Source: Callorhinchus milii (lineage: Eukaryota). From it: a stretch of 64,000 nucleotides of DNA. The notes beneath the pieces are model-generated. The model was not told the DNA's origin. It did not search any database and was given only the letters and a program-made list of their open reading frames with translations. Of this stretch, positions 49,456 to 63,001 are shown in pieces. The translations under genes were made by a program, and so were the position numbers. Where the stretch lies: NCBI RefSeq assembly GCF_018977255.1, contig NW_024704742.1, positions 65,660,001-65,724,000 of the forward strand. The letters are read 5' to 3'. Position 1 is the first letter of the stretch. Each line of letters starts with the position of its first letter.

Positions 49456-52400
49456 GATAGATTAAGGCTTTGACTTACAGGGTTAACAGTAACTAAATGG
49501 GAAAAATTACAACCCCCCCCCCACCATGGCTGGTCTGCCTGGATATAATTCCTCTGATGAGCCAGGTTGCTTGTTCCCATTAACAACAAAGCCATGGATT
49601 AATGCAGACCTGCATTGACTATCGAGACTGCCACAGGGAAGACTGGCTGGATTCAGGTATTCACTGCCATATGTGACTGCCCCAAAGAGACTCAGTGACC
49701 TCCTTTTCTCTCTTTTTATCCGCCACAATGAGCTGTAGGCATAAATACAGCCATTTAGCTGAACCTGCTAGATCTTTTGGAGAAGATCTTTTGGAATTCT
49801 CCTTCTCCCCAGACTGCTGGGAGCTTCCTTCATGCCTTCATTGCGTCCAGGCTCGATTATTTCATCTCCCTGCCTGCTGGTCTCCTCTGCTACTCCCTAC
49901 ACAAGCTGTAGACCAAGCAGAACTCACCAGTCCATCTCCTCTTCCACACCAGGCTCCATGAGCCTATTACCTCCAAAATATACAGTCAATTCACTTTACA
50001 GTATATTCTGTGAAGCGCTTTGAGATTTCTCAAAGACGTGATAAGGCGATATATCAAATGCAAGGATTATTATTATTTTCCTTACTTGGCTCTATTGGCT
50101 TCCTGTCCCCAACGGATTGCATTGAGGATCCTTGTTCTTGTGTTTAAATCCTGCCACGGGCTCACCTACTCTACCTCTCCAACTTTCTACAACCCAACCG
50201 AGCCTGCCCCTTCCTCAACAGCAGCCTGTTTCATGTTTTGCTAACCGATCCAAAATTTCAGCCATTCTGCTCTTGTTGTCTGGAACTGTGTCCTGGAATT
50301 TCTCTGCCTCATATACTCCCTCCATACCTTTAAAGCATTACTTTCAAGCTATCTTTTTGACTGTGCTTTTGGTTATCTTTACTCACACCAACCCCTATAA
50401 GATCCTGTTTGTTCTTCCTCTGCCCAAGCTTGGGTGAGCAGGCAACTGTTTGAGGTGCTTTGAGATGTTGCTCTGACATGAATAGTGTTCTGTAAATGTA
50501 AATTGTTGTTCCTGTACTCTACATATGCAATTCTGAATTTAAAAATAAACTATGCAACTATCCTACTACAGTATTACAGCAAAACAGTGTGTTCAATCAC
50601 TTCAATAGTATCCTGTGCAGCATTTCATCTTGTAGCATTTTCTGTGCTGAAGTAATGCAATCTACTTTGTTTATTCCAACAGGATGTTTCTTGACCTGTT
50701 ACGATGAACTGCAACACACTGTATGCACAGCTTTGTTCCTTTCCAAATGACTCCTTGCTTGTTTAAAGTTGCTAAGGTTCTGTGGTGCTTGGTGACCTCC
50801 AGTACTTTGGATTAAATCACGATACCATTCTTCATGATTCTTGATGCCGAGCGCCACCGGCCTATCAAACAATGGAAGCTCAATCCTGGCCATATCTGAT
50901 GCCCATACATTTGCACTTTTCATCAGTGATCAATGGGTGTCATTCAAGAGAGGAAAATTCTGATTTAGGACAAAGGGTACCAAGGCCACCTGTACTATTT
51001 GAACTGCTGCCCAGCTAACACAACACAGAGTGAGTCAATCGATATGATCTTGATCAGCGGCGGACCCGGTAGGGAGGTCAGGGGGGCTATGAACTCCCCC
51101 CACCCCCCCATCATTTTGAGGTCGCCAAAAGTTGGCCCAGACTGTCTAACTTACTTGTATGTGTTTACAGGGGAGCACTTTGTAAATATTTAGAAGAAAT
51201 GAGGTACAGATCAGAGACCAAATCAGAATCAAGCTCAGCCTCTGTGGCGGTCTTGGTAGTCCTGTTCCTGAGCCAGGCTCACCTGCAGTATCCAGGTGAT
51301 GACAGCACCTGGCCCACTGGCACGACTTGGAAGGGCAGACTGGTCACTGGGGGCAGGGAGTCATCCCACTCAGTTCCTGTTAATCCTGCAAGCCAAAGCC
51401 CTACCAATAGCTGGACAAGCAGCGGGAAAGTTTGCCAGGCAGTGATCTCATTGATAAGCTGTGCGGTTTTAGCTGGTTAGACTCCATCAGTACCACAGCA
51501 CACACTCTGTGGGTGCCCCCAAGTTTTGGCTCTTGCCAATCAAAAAAAAGTCAGGAAAATCTGGAGCTAGAGATGGATTTTTTTTAACCAAGTGCCTGGA
51601 TGGAAAAGGCAATTAAACTTGATCAGGTAGGGGTTGTGTTTATAGGGGAGCACTTTGTAAACAATTGGAAGAAATGAGTCAGAATCCGAGGTAAAGTACG
51701 TTCTTATTGTTGCAATCTTAGGAATTATTTTACTGTAATGAAAAAAGTCTCCACGGTATATTTAGCTTCTACGGAGAGCTGACAATGAGTTACCAAGGAT
51801 GCATCTGTTAATACAAGCGTTCAGGTGTTGCAGTTAAATGTAGAGAGACTTATAAAGCCACAGTGGTCTGTTCTGGTCCTGTTTTTTCTGTGTTATAATC
51901 AGTAACATCTCAAGAACTTGATATTTTTTAAAATATAGATAAATGGAATGCAGAAGGTGGAACTCTGGGAGGGGAATAATAATAATATAATAATCCTTGC
52001 ATTTGATATAGCGCCTTATCACGTCTTCTAGACATCTCAAAAGCACTTCACAGAATGTACTGTGAAGTGAATTGATTGTATATTTTGTGGGCGAATATCT
52101 AGGTTTGTTAGTAAATTTATCAAACTTGCTGCCGTGCCTATTACAATTGAATCCTATTATAAGTGTATCAAGGGCAGTAAATTTACTGACCAGCAGAGAA
52201 TAAATGCCTGGAAGGATTCAATCATATTCTGTTGGTGCTAAATGTAAGTTTTAGGATGTTTGAAGGAAAAGTGAGTGTGTTTTGGGAAAGTATACAACAG
52301 GAAAGTGATTAAGTGAATTAATTTGGAGGATACAAAGTTGCTATCAATGCAAAATATGAACTGTTGCATTTAATTGTAATATTTGTGAAAACTAAATAGA

Positions 52401-53908
52401 AATTTGCTTTTTGAAATGTGTATTGCAGTAATTACTTGGGTCACACGGGTTAGATGATTCATCCAAGGTTCTCCCCAAAATAATCTACCTTTGGAAGTAA
52501 AATTTGTTACGATATAAACACTGATTATGTTATTAAGTAGGAATATGTAGTTGTATGATGCAGCATATTGTTCGTATGGTGCAGTATGACTTGTCGCCCT
52601 GTTTGCCAAATGTTTATACACTGCATTGCCAGCAGAGGTCACTGAGATGACTTCTACAGTAACTGTAAAAGCAACATATTTATTGTGCAGTCAGTTTGGC
52701 TCAGTTGATAGTATTTTGACCTCTGGATTGGAAGGTTGCGAGTTCAACACCCACATTTGGTGTGATTTGGTATGAAGAGATGAGAGGTGCCACGCTGCAG
52801 ATGAGATGTTCAACTGTCGGTTTGGACACCAAAGTGCTCTGGGACGCACCCTGTGTGGGTGGGGGGGGGGGGGGGGGCACTATATGAATGCAACTTGTTT
52901 TTGTTGGGTGGTTCAGGTGGATGTAAAGATCCATGGCACTATTTTAAAGGGCCAGGCGCCTGACCAACGGTGCTTCCTCATTCACTAAAAAAAATTGTTC
53001 CTTTTTATAGGTAAGAGTTAATCTGCATCAATATCTTACAACTAAAATGAGATATACCAGCGAAAATAACTTACGTAGCAGCAATCTCATTGTGGATTTT
53101 GTAGGTCATTGCAAGAAGCAGATTAGCTGTCCTGTTTGCTTTTATAGTAACAGTCACTGTAGTAGGAATAATAATCCTTGCACATGATCATAACATCTCA
53201 AAACGCTTCACATGATTTAATGTACAGTATAGTAACCACTTATTTGCTGGGAAAATTGGTGGCTAACTTGCACGCTGCAGTGACCCATAAACAACCATGA
53301 AGTGAATAGCCTCAAATCAATGTGTCACTTGAAGGACTATAGTATGATTCAGAGTAACTTGTATTGTGAAGTGCTTGGAAACTTTTCAATGTCATGAGTT
53401 GATGTATTAGTATTTTTCCCTTGCCCTTCACTCTCCCTTTTATTTGTTTTGCTATTGTTCATCGTCCTTCAACCAAGTGATCACAGACAAAGCAATAGAT
53501 ATTCCAGTGATGCTCTAAGTGTGCAGGTTCATTATTTCAGTTTCTCCAGTAAGGTATTGAATCATTGCTATCTCTTTTGAGTTGCACACGATTCCCTAAA
53601 GAGAGGACAAGGACTGAGTGCAGACAGATGATATCCCTCTTGGCTTTTCTGCTGCGTAACTAGCAGTAGGAGGTGCATCAGACTTGACTGATGTGTAGTT
53701 TGCCCTAGTTGTAGCAAAGCAACACTTACCTAGGAAACGAACAACAACAAATTACATTTATATAGCACCCTTCATGCAGGTAGCGTCTCGGAGAGCTTGA
53801 ATGACCAGAGGATTGGCCTACACTGCTGATTATTTTTGCTATAAAAACTATATTGAAAATCTATTTTGAGTGCTTGATGTACTGCATGTTTCTGTGCTTA
53901 TTTCACAG

Positions 53909-54080
53909 ATGAAAGCTTCATTAACTGAAATTGTCCATCTTGCTGCAATGGACACCGACTCCTGGGTTCAGATGGTGGCTGATATTCTGAAGACCTTTCC
54001 GGAGACTGGGTCCCTGAACCTAGAACTTGAGGAACACAATCAGAACCTACAAGAAATTCTAGGAGAGCTCCGAGAAAAAG
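53909..54080 (+). CDS. NELFA: NELFA exon 2
   Basis: tttcacag|ATG AAA...GAA AAA G|GTAGAA. Encodes MKASLTEIVHLAAMDTDSWVQMVADILKTFPETGSLNLELEEHNQNLQEILGELREK. Confidence 0.96.
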
Positions 54081-55724
54081 GTAGAATTATTGAAGGAAGG
54101 CATCAGATTCCCACAACATGAAATCTTATGCGGAATGTTTTACATGAGATTGTACTTTCATCGTTAGTGCATGGTGTTTAATCTCCCTGGGAGATGGGCC
54201 TGAATTAGTGAGTGCAGTTATTAATAATAATAATCCTTTCATTTGAAATAGCACGTCATTGAGACATCTCAAAGCGCTTTACACAATATACTGTAAAGTG
54301 AATTGAGTGTCCATTTTGTGGTTGAAACGTGGCAGCCAATTGCGCACAATAGAATACTTAAATACTGAGTGTGGGATTGGGATACTATTATTTAATAAAA
54401 TAATATTTTAAAATCAGTAATATCAATTTTGCTGAGATATTCCAGTAATTAAACATTGTAGATCAAAAACCCTGTACTTCGCAGAACTGGCAATCAATGT
54501 AAATTATTGTAAATCAATGGTGAAAACAAAATATTTAAGGAAAGGAACAGGATTTTGGGAAGCTGAATTCAGATAGAAATTATTGGGGTAGTGAGGAGAG
54601 AGCGAGGAACGCTACTCTGCTCCTGTACAAGATCCAGTTAACTCCCTTCACCTTTATCCTGTCCCAAATCCTGATGATGCCTGCTGAGCTAAAGCTCACC
54701 TTTTTTCCTTTCAATGCTTCAGCTAGCCAGTGCTTACTGTGCTTGTTGGCAGTTTATTGTATTTCCTTTTGGTCAGACGGGTGTCTGACACAGGAGGAAA
54801 CCCATCCCCATGCTTAAGTATATCCAAACTAAACTGAGATTTCCATGCCTCCCATCTACACATGGGAATCCCAGAGATAAATTGTTGGATTGGAATGTGC
54901 ACTCTCTCCCAGGAGGAACGTATCCTGGTTACCTAATTCCGGAAAGTTGGCAAGAGCCAAGGCTTGGGGACCCCAGACTGTGTGTCGCTGTGATGTTTTT
55001 CAGCTCATCGGGTTCCCCTGTTTATCTTGTTAATTTTACACGGGAAACCATTCTATCCACCTGATCAATTCTGTTCATTTTTTTAAAAATTTTGATTTGT
55101 ATTTCTGAGCACACTCTTATTCCCCAGCACCTTGGGACATCTTTCCGACGAGAAAGGCGCGATATCAATGTAGTTTTGTTGTTCCCTTTTTTAAAGCAGT
55201 CAGCTCATGGTTTGACGCCATCGTTCTCCTCGGTCTATTTAAAAGAGCACAATTACAGTTGTTATTAGAATCATATTCACTATCACATTCCTTGACCTTT
55301 TAAAGAGTTGTACTATAACTTAAAAGCTGCCTCGTGTCCTGGGCCAATAGAAATGTGCGCTACACCTTTTCTGCGGAACCCGCCACAAAACACCCTCCAA
55401 CATTACACACCCACTGTAAATGTAGTTTCTGGCCCGCGGGCCTCCCAGCTGTTTATCTGCCGTCACTGTGGGCGGAGTGGCTCTGGATGTGCACCCGCGG
55501 CTCAAGCAGCAAAGAGTTTGAGCGTATGTGTGATTGTCTGTGTGTATAATTGTCCCTCTGTGCTTGTGTGTGTGGGAGTGTGTGTGATTGAGTATGTGTA
55601 ATTGTCTGTGTATGTCTATGCATTTGTGAGTATATGGGTGTCTCTCTCTCTGTGAGTGTCTGTGTGAGTATGTCTGTGTCTCCCTTTCCTCTGTGTGTTT
55701 GTGGGTGTGCCTGTGTGTGTCTCG

Positions 55725-56018
55725 CAATGTCGTTCAGTGGTTAGAGTACTCGCTTTGCAAGCGAGAGACCTGGGTTCGCTTCCCAGCAGGGTGAAACCTT
55801 GGGCAAGTTTCCATACTCCACAGGCCCTGATAATAATCCCTTAAGAAAATAAAACAATAATAAATTGGTCACTTCAAACCATAACTGTTTGTGGGATACT
55901 GCTGTGTGCAATTGGCTGCCGCATTTCGCCCACAAAAATACAGTCTTCTGTGAAACGCTTTGAGACGTCTAGAAGACATGAAAAGCATTATATCCAATGC
56001 AAAGATTATTATTATTAT
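55725..56018 (+). mobile_element. SINE family A (internally deleted)
   Basis: TTCAGTGGTTAGAG...GGGTTCGCTTCCC head and tail. Confidence 0.8.
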
Positions 56019-57746
56019 TTGTGAGTGTCTATGTGAGTGTGTGTCTCTCTGTATCTGTGAGTCTGTGTCTCTGAGTCTCTGAGCTTGTGTGTGTCACCGT
56101 GTTTCTGAGTGTGTGTATCTCTCTGTGTCTCTGAGTGTGTCTCTCTCTGTGCCTGTGAGTGTGCTGTCTCTCTCTCTCTCTGAGTGTGTGTGTGTGTCTC
56201 TCTGTGTCTGTGAGTGTGTGTCTCTGGGTCCATGTGCGGTGCTGGGCCCTGAGAGCTCCTGTAGACGAGCTGGTGTCTTTCTCCCCCCACCCCAAAAAAA
56301 AATGGCCACCCAGTTTTTGTTAAAGAAGCAATTAATTTTTTTGCAACAATCTAATATGTGTTATTTCCTCATGTTTACTTTTTATCAATAAAGTGAAAAA
56401 ATGGAGGTTGGCAGTGACATGTACCTCAATAGCACCAATCAACTCCCCACCATTTTCTGCAAAATGTGTCAAAACATTTTTTGCCAATTTGCAAATCTCC
56501 CTGCAATTGTTGGCAAATATTTCTGCACGTTTTCTATTGGCCCAATCATGTCCTTGCAAAAATGTTGCCCTGCAATGTTGTGACAAAGATTTAGTCAACC
56601 AGTGATTTGTGTTCTTTCCAAATTTTTTTCTAGATTTGTTGAGCAATACATTTTGCAATCTCCTGATTTTGATAACAATCTACATTGCCTTATATATCTC
56701 AGTATTGTATTGCACTGCTGTACACTTGCCCAATTAAGTGTCTGTAGATCACAGAATTATGTTTAATTTTTTTAAACAATTTTTCGTCGTCTGCACATGT
56801 AAAAATTCTTCTTGGAATGGCTTTGTCCGGGCCATGTATGGTAACTGGCCGTCAGGGGCCCAGCACTGCTATATTGGGCACCTCAATCGCAGCTGCCAAA
56901 CGAGAACTTGTATCATTCTTTGATCTTCTCTTATCCCACTCCTCTGCTTGTCCTCAGCCAACACGAGCTTACTGCACATCCCCCATCCTCTCCACACCAG
57001 ACTTAGTGGCCGAACCTTCAGTCACTATGCCCCTAACTTCCTGCCTCTATTCCTCTGCCTGAAGCCTTATGCGTATCTGGAGCTCCCAATAGTTTGATTT
57101 GGATTATTTTAAGAAGGTGATAAATTTCTCCATGTGTCAAACACCCGCTGATGGCTTTCTGCACCGTGTTTGACACCTGGCTGATCAAACAAAAACTCAA
57201 TGAGGCATTAATTTATTCCAGAGGACCTTCAAACATGCAGTCTTTCAATCACCCTTGCGCCTTCAGGGCACGTCTCAAGACTCTTCACTTCGATCGTGCC
57301 TTCAGTCAACCTCCTACCCCTGTCCTCCCTGCCCTTCACCCCTCCTGATCCCAACCTCCTGCTGAGGGCCAAATCCCTGACTGTCCTGTGCTGTGGGATA
57401 TCCTTTATAAAACGCTTTACAAATATAATTGCTGAATGCTAACTTTACTTGCAGAGCTTTTCAATGTGGCAGTATCTGGGGCTAATATTTACACCAGCAG
57501 CAAGACTTGCAGCCATGTTGGAAGGAGCAGGCTCTAGATTTTTTTTCCTCTTTCTCATCCTTTTTTCTCAAAAAGCTGTAGTTTGTGAAGGTGATGCTGT
57601 GTAAAGTTCAAGATGGACCTTCCAAAGTGTCATTTTGACCCTCTTCTATGTTTCGCGGATGTTTCGAGAACTGGTGAGGATTCAGTGACTGTAGAATGAT
57701 TTGTCTCCTCTCTACTTTTATTTAAACAAATATATTTTGTTGTTAG

Positions 57747-57908
57747 TCAATGAATGTGAAGCCTCTGCTATGCTGCCTTTGGAATGCCAGTATTTGAATA
57801 AAAATGCTCTGACAACTCTCGTGGGACCTCTCACACCCCCGGTGAAGCATTTTCAACTCAAACGGAAACCCAAAAGTGCCACACTTAGAGCCGAACTGTT
57901 ACAGAAAT
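57747..57908 (+). CDS. NELFA: NELFA exon 3
   Basis: ttgttag|TC AAT...CAG AAA T|GTAAGT. Encodes (V)NECEASAMLPLECQYLNKNALTTLVGPLTPPVKHFQLKRKPKSATLRAELLQK. Confidence 0.96.
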
Positions 57909-59004
57909 GTAAGTTACTCTTTGTTCAAAATTATTTTTTGGCTTACTGCAGGTGGCCCATTTTAATAATTCAGTGTGTGAGAGATTTAGCATTTCATGTC
58001 ATTTATCTTTACCCTATCTGCTATTCATTCGCACCTTAAGACCTACCTCTTTGACCACACCTATGGTCCCTCCTCCCTTGCTCAGTGTCTGACCTCGCCA
58101 CCTTGAAGAACCCTAAGAAACTATCTTTCGTGAAGGGCACTATATAAATAGATGTTGTTTGTTGTGCATATCTTACAAAGGGGAAGTTTCTAAACAAGCA
58201 TCCATAAACTTACAAAACAGCTTTGTTGCATAGTTTATATGTCTTAGCTAAACTTAACACCACTCTGGGCTCCCCAAGCCTTGGCTAGTGCCAACCTGTG
58301 TTTAAACTTTGCTGGATTACGTGAGCCTGGTATTAGGGCACTGCTAGGAACCAGGGTGATTGACCGTATACCTGTTCAACAGACCCCCTTATTTGATGTC
58401 ATTGATTTGTGTGAACAGTCAATCTTGAGAATTAGGGCTTTCAACTGAGTATAGAGAAGGACTTTTCTCAGCCATTTAAAACTCAGCCTGGTTCTCATTC
58501 TGTTTCACCCACTTCCACCAAACCAAATGGATGGGTGGAAACTATGAAGAACGGAAATGGTGTGTTTTAAATGTACTGTTAAAGAACCCTGTCACTAGCA
58601 GAGCCTGGTGCAGTGGCGCAGATCAAAACACTGCAGGTCCTAATCCTGATCAGTGCTGTGAAACTGAACCCGTCCAGGGCTATGGGGGGCACGGCAGGAC
58701 AGCTTGGGATGGGACGGAAACTCAGCCGCATTGCTGTCCTGGATTCCGATGTTCTATTGAGAAGACCATGTCTGCTTCATTCCCCCCTCTCCCCCCACCC
58801 CACCCCGAGGCTGTTCAGTGATTTCAAACAAGGTAACAGTGGAGCTCAGCTTTGAAAGTCATGGAAGGGAAGTAAGAAAGCTGTTATGATGAATAGACGA
58901 GGAGAGAGAGTGATTTGGGGGATAAAGGGACAATGGGATGAACAGAAGTTCTTTTCTTTTCACAAAATGTTTTTGTGTAGATTTTGCAGTTTATGTAGTA
59001 TACG

Positions 59005-59196
59005 TACCTTCAGCTCCCCTCTCGACTCTCTACCCCCTCCTCGCTCCCTCCCTCCCCCCCCCCCCCCCCCCCCCCCCCTCCCCCTTCCCTCCCTCCACCC
59101 TGCTCCCTCCCTTCCCTCCCCTCACCCTGACCATTTCCCCCTCCTCCCCCCCTCCTTTCCCTCCCCCTCCACCCTGACCATCTCCCCCCTCCTCCC

Positions 59197-59287
<91 letters not shown>

Positions 59288-59554
59288 ACCCTACCCCCCC
59301 CCTCGCCCCCCCCCCCCCTCCCCCCATCCCCCCTCCTCGCTCCCCCCCCCCCCCCCCTCCATTTCCCCCCCTCGCCCCCTCCCTCCCCCTCACCCTGACC
59401 ATTTCCCCCTCCTCGCTCCCCCTCCCTTCCCTCCCCTCACCCTGCCTCCCCCTCCCCTCACCTGCCTTTCCCCCTCCTCCCTCCCCTCCCCTGACCATTT
59501 CCCCCCTCCTCGCTCCCTCCCCTCCCCCCCCCCCCCCCCCCCCCCCCCCCCTTT

Positions 59555-59599
<45 letters not shown>

Positions 59600-59695
59600 C
59601 CCCCCCCAATGCTCGTGTCCCGACCCAACTGTCCAGTGCCTTGGGTCGTCCTCCCGAAGTGAAAGGCGCTCTATAAATGAAATTTTGTTGTTGTA
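59005..59695 (+). mobile_element. L2 3' UTR copy with expanded C-rich repeat and poly-C
   Basis: Starts CCTTCAGCTCCCCTCTCGACTCTC and ends GTGAAAGGCGCTCTATAAATG..TTGTTG, like the reverse complement of 16310-16515. Confidence 0.8.
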
Positions 59696-60161
59696 TGAAA
59701 TGACTAGATGTTTTGAGGAGCTTTATTAAACTGATTGTATTTGTCTCAGCTTTGCAGTGTGTTAGCCAAGAAGCCTAAGTCACTGTGCAGCTAAAAGTTG
59801 ACTGAGTTTATGAAGAAAACTGTGTGGAAAAATGCAACAAGATTGTTACAATAATATTCTTGAACAGAATAAGTAAACTGTTCAGAAGATGCTCTTGTGG
59901 CGTTGTCACAAAGGGAAACTAGTAAATCAGTCAGGCTGAGTGACAGACTACTTGATTTGTTTTGTATTAAAATGTCTGTTTAAAATTGTGAATTCAATGA
60001 TGCTCTTTTAATTTTAAGGTAAACAATAACTTCTGAATCCTTGCTTAATTGGTTGGAGGAACTTTTCAGGGGTTTACTTGTTATCAATCGTTTATAATCT
60101 GTTATGATTTTGTGTCCAATTGGAGTCTGTGTTCAATGCGTGTCATTTTATTGTTTTTCAG

Positions 60162-60251
60162 CAACAGAGACTGCACAACAGCTCAAAAAGACATCTGGAG
60201 TGCCTTTTCTTGCCAAGGGGAGAGGCTTGGTTAAGAAAATTGATACCACTA
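60162..60251 (+). CDS. NELFA: NELFA exon 4
   Basis: tttttcag|CA ACA...ACT A|GTATGT. Encodes (S)TETAQQLKKTSGVPFLAKGRGLVKKIDTT. Confidence 0.95.
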
Positions 60252-60414
60252 GTATGTGTCTTTTGTATAATAGAACACACCCAAAGTTGCCTAAGTTTAG
60301 AATTATGGTATATCTATTGACCACATGATAGATATGAAAAATGCTCACCGGAATAGCTTTCTTAATTAAAATCTTAATCCGTGCAGCAAATGGGTTCCTA
60401 AGTGGTGGACTGTA

Positions 60415-60790
60415 ATCATAGAATCTTATAGCACAGAAGGAGGTTATTTGGCCCATCGTGCTAGTGCCTGATCTTTGAAAGAGATACCAACTACACCCAC
60501 TCCTCCGCTCTTTCCCCATAGCCTTGCAATTTTTTTCCTTTTCAATTCCCTTTTGAAAGTTATTATTGAATCTGCTTCCACCACCGCTTCAGGCAGTACA
60601 TTCCAGATTGTAACAACTTGGGGCATAACAGAAATTTCTCCTCATCTCCTTCTGGTTGTTTTCCCAATTATCTTAAATCTTTGTCCTCTGGTTACAGACT
60701 CAACTGCCAGTGGAAACCGTTTCTTCTTATTTATTCTTATCAAAACTTCTCATAATTTGAACACCTCTATTAAATCTCCCCATAGCCTCT
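60415..60790 (-). mobile_element. CR1-like LINE 3' fragment in NELFA intron 4
   Basis: VVTIWNVLPEAVVEADSIITFKREL, with an ATCATAGAATC-type tail. Confidence 0.8.
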
Positions 60791-60954
60791 GTGGTCTGGT
60801 TCCAGGTTGTAAATTGTTTTTATCTAGACCATGATCCCTCACATGAAGTTTTCTGTCTTTATGATGTAAATTCGTGCATGCTCGCCCACTGTGCTTTGAC
60901 TGGTTAAAGCTGGCCAGGTTTGGCCGAATCAGACCATGATTGGATGGACTGTCA

Positions 60955-61201
60955 AGAGTCCCGTAGTGTTGTGATTAGCACGCTTGCTCTCACAGGCGAG
61001 AGGACCCGGGTAGGGTGAAACCTTAGGCAAGTACTCCACACGCAACATGCAGTCTGTTTTTGGGACACTGCTATGCGCAATTGACTGCCATGTTTTGGCC
61101 ACAAAATACATAGTCAATCCATTTTACAGTGTGTTCTGTGAAGCGCTTTGAGACGTCTCAACAACGTGATAAGGCGCTACATCAAATTCAAGGATTATTA
61201 T
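60955..61201 (+). mobile_element. SINE family A (internally deleted)
   Basis: GAGTCCCGTAG head and tail. Confidence 0.75.
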
Positions 61202-61403
61202 AAACTAAAAATTTAGATTGTTTTCCTGCTCAACTGTTGCCTTGCCTGGTGATCAGACCAGTGGTAGGCCAGCCTGGACGAGGAGTCCAGGAAAGAAATG
61301 GTTCACACAAAGCTGAATGGACCTCGAGTAGTGATTTAGGTGGAAGGGCAAAATGTCTGGCTTCATGTATATCAGTTGTAAATGCTGATTTGTAACTTTG
61401 CAG

Positions 61404-61531
61404 CTCCTCTTAAGGGGATTCCAAAGCAAGCTCCATTCCGGAGTCCCACTACTCCCAGCGTATTCAGTCCATCTACCAACAGAACACCAATGGCAGGTCG
61501 GACACCTTTGCGCAAGGAGAGGGGCGTTAAG
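61404..61531 (+). CDS. NELFA: NELFA exon 5
   Basis: ctttgcag|CT CCT...GTT AAG|GTGAGT. Encodes (T)PLKGIPKQAPFRSPTTPSVFSPSTNRTPMAGRTPLRKERGVK. Confidence 0.95.
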
Positions 61532-61961
61532 GTGAGTGTAATTGGTTGTCAGTGTGCATGTGATTTGCCATTGAACCTCTTGATATATTTGTGTGTCTTA
61601 AAAAAATATTCCTCCTTGACCAGTTTTTTCAAAGTGTTTTTGCAAAGCATCTTGTGTAATAATTTTGATGGCTCCTATTGGGAGTCGGGAATTAATGTTA
61701 TACAACTGATAACCAGACTTGTAACCTCAATTGTCCATCTCCAGAAAACAAATCTCTTTTAAAATATCAAGTGTAGCAATTCTCAGAAAGTGTGTTATCT
61801 TAATCCTTTTACACAAAGTGGTTTTAAAAACAGATAGTATGTTAATGTCCTGTATGTCCCTATGTTCTCAAGTGCTCTGGGATGTTACCCTGCTTGAGGG
61901 GCTCTATATAAATGCAAGTTGTTGTTGTTGAAGGTCACTTTTCAATTTAAATGAGTGTAAA

Positions 61962-62663
61962 GGTTACGACTGTCTTAAAGTTTAAGACAATAACTTACAT
62001 AGATTTACATAGATTGTACAGGACAGAAACACAAGTCTTCATCCACTCCTTACTCCTTCACATACCCTTCTATTTCCTTCTCTTTGGTGTGTGTATATTT
62101 TTATATATATATATATATGTTATGTATTATTTAATGAGATTGCACGTTAAGTACTGATAGCATCAGGATGATTGTTTGGAGTACTTCCACATTATTGTGA
62201 AGTATAGTGTTTAATTTGCTTTGCTTCTCAGCATTTGGTTAGACTGTTGAATAGTAAAATTCAAGTAAATTCACCATTCAATCTGCATTTAAATTATTGT
62301 GTATTTATAATCAAACCTTGACAAGTTTTCTATTTCAGATGAAGGTTTCCCCAATTCAAAAATAATTACTGCAAAATTGATGTAGATCTGTTGATTCTTC
62401 TAGTTGCTGGACATTTCTGAGCTGGATATGGTTGGTGCTGGTCGGGAAGCAAAGAGGAGAAGGAAGACATTAGGTTGGTGTAATCTGACTTCACTTGTAT
62501 ATTTGGTATTTTATTTGTCATCCGAGAGATTCAAGTAGGCAACCACAGCGCGAAACCCAGTCTAATCCTCAACTCTGTATAGTGCAATCCCTGTACAGAT
62601 GCACATGTGTTTTGATGTCATTGCATTTGCCAAATTTATCATGTTTGAATGGTAGGTACAGGG

Positions 62664-62706
<43 letters not shown>

Positions 62707-63001
62707 TAAATGTACAGTTCGCTTGTTGCTGTTTCAGCTGTGAGGTTTCTGTTAGAATCAAGCTATTTTCTTCTGGCTATAAAAAAGTTCAAAAAATCTT
62801 AAAACAATTCTTAAATACCACTCTGTCACAAATGTGACCCAAACTGGCAAATTAGATCAGAAGCATTTCCGGTTACGACTGTCTTAAAGTTTAAGACAAT
62901 AACACAGATTTACATAGATTGTACAGGACAGAAACACAAGTCTTCATCCACTCCTAACTCCTTCACACACCCTTCTATTTCCTTCTCTTTGGTGTGTGTA
63001 T
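61962..63001 (+). repeat. ~135-bp near-identical direct repeats (61962-62096 and 62871-63001) flanking NELFA exon 6
   Basis: Both copies read GGTTACGACTGTCTTAAAGTTTAAGACAATAAC...CTCTTTGGTGTGTGTAT. Confidence 0.9.
62404..62473 (+). CDS. NELFA: NELFA exon 6 (gene continues beyond the window)
   Basis: ttcttctag|TTG CTG...TTA G|GTTGGT. Encodes LLDISELDMVGAGREAKRRRKTL. Not in the ORF track. Confidence 0.93.

Noticed and set aside
58886..59609. Poly-Pro and poly-Gly ORFs
   Set aside because: Derived from poly-C tracts in an L2 3' UTR, possibly sequencing artefact.
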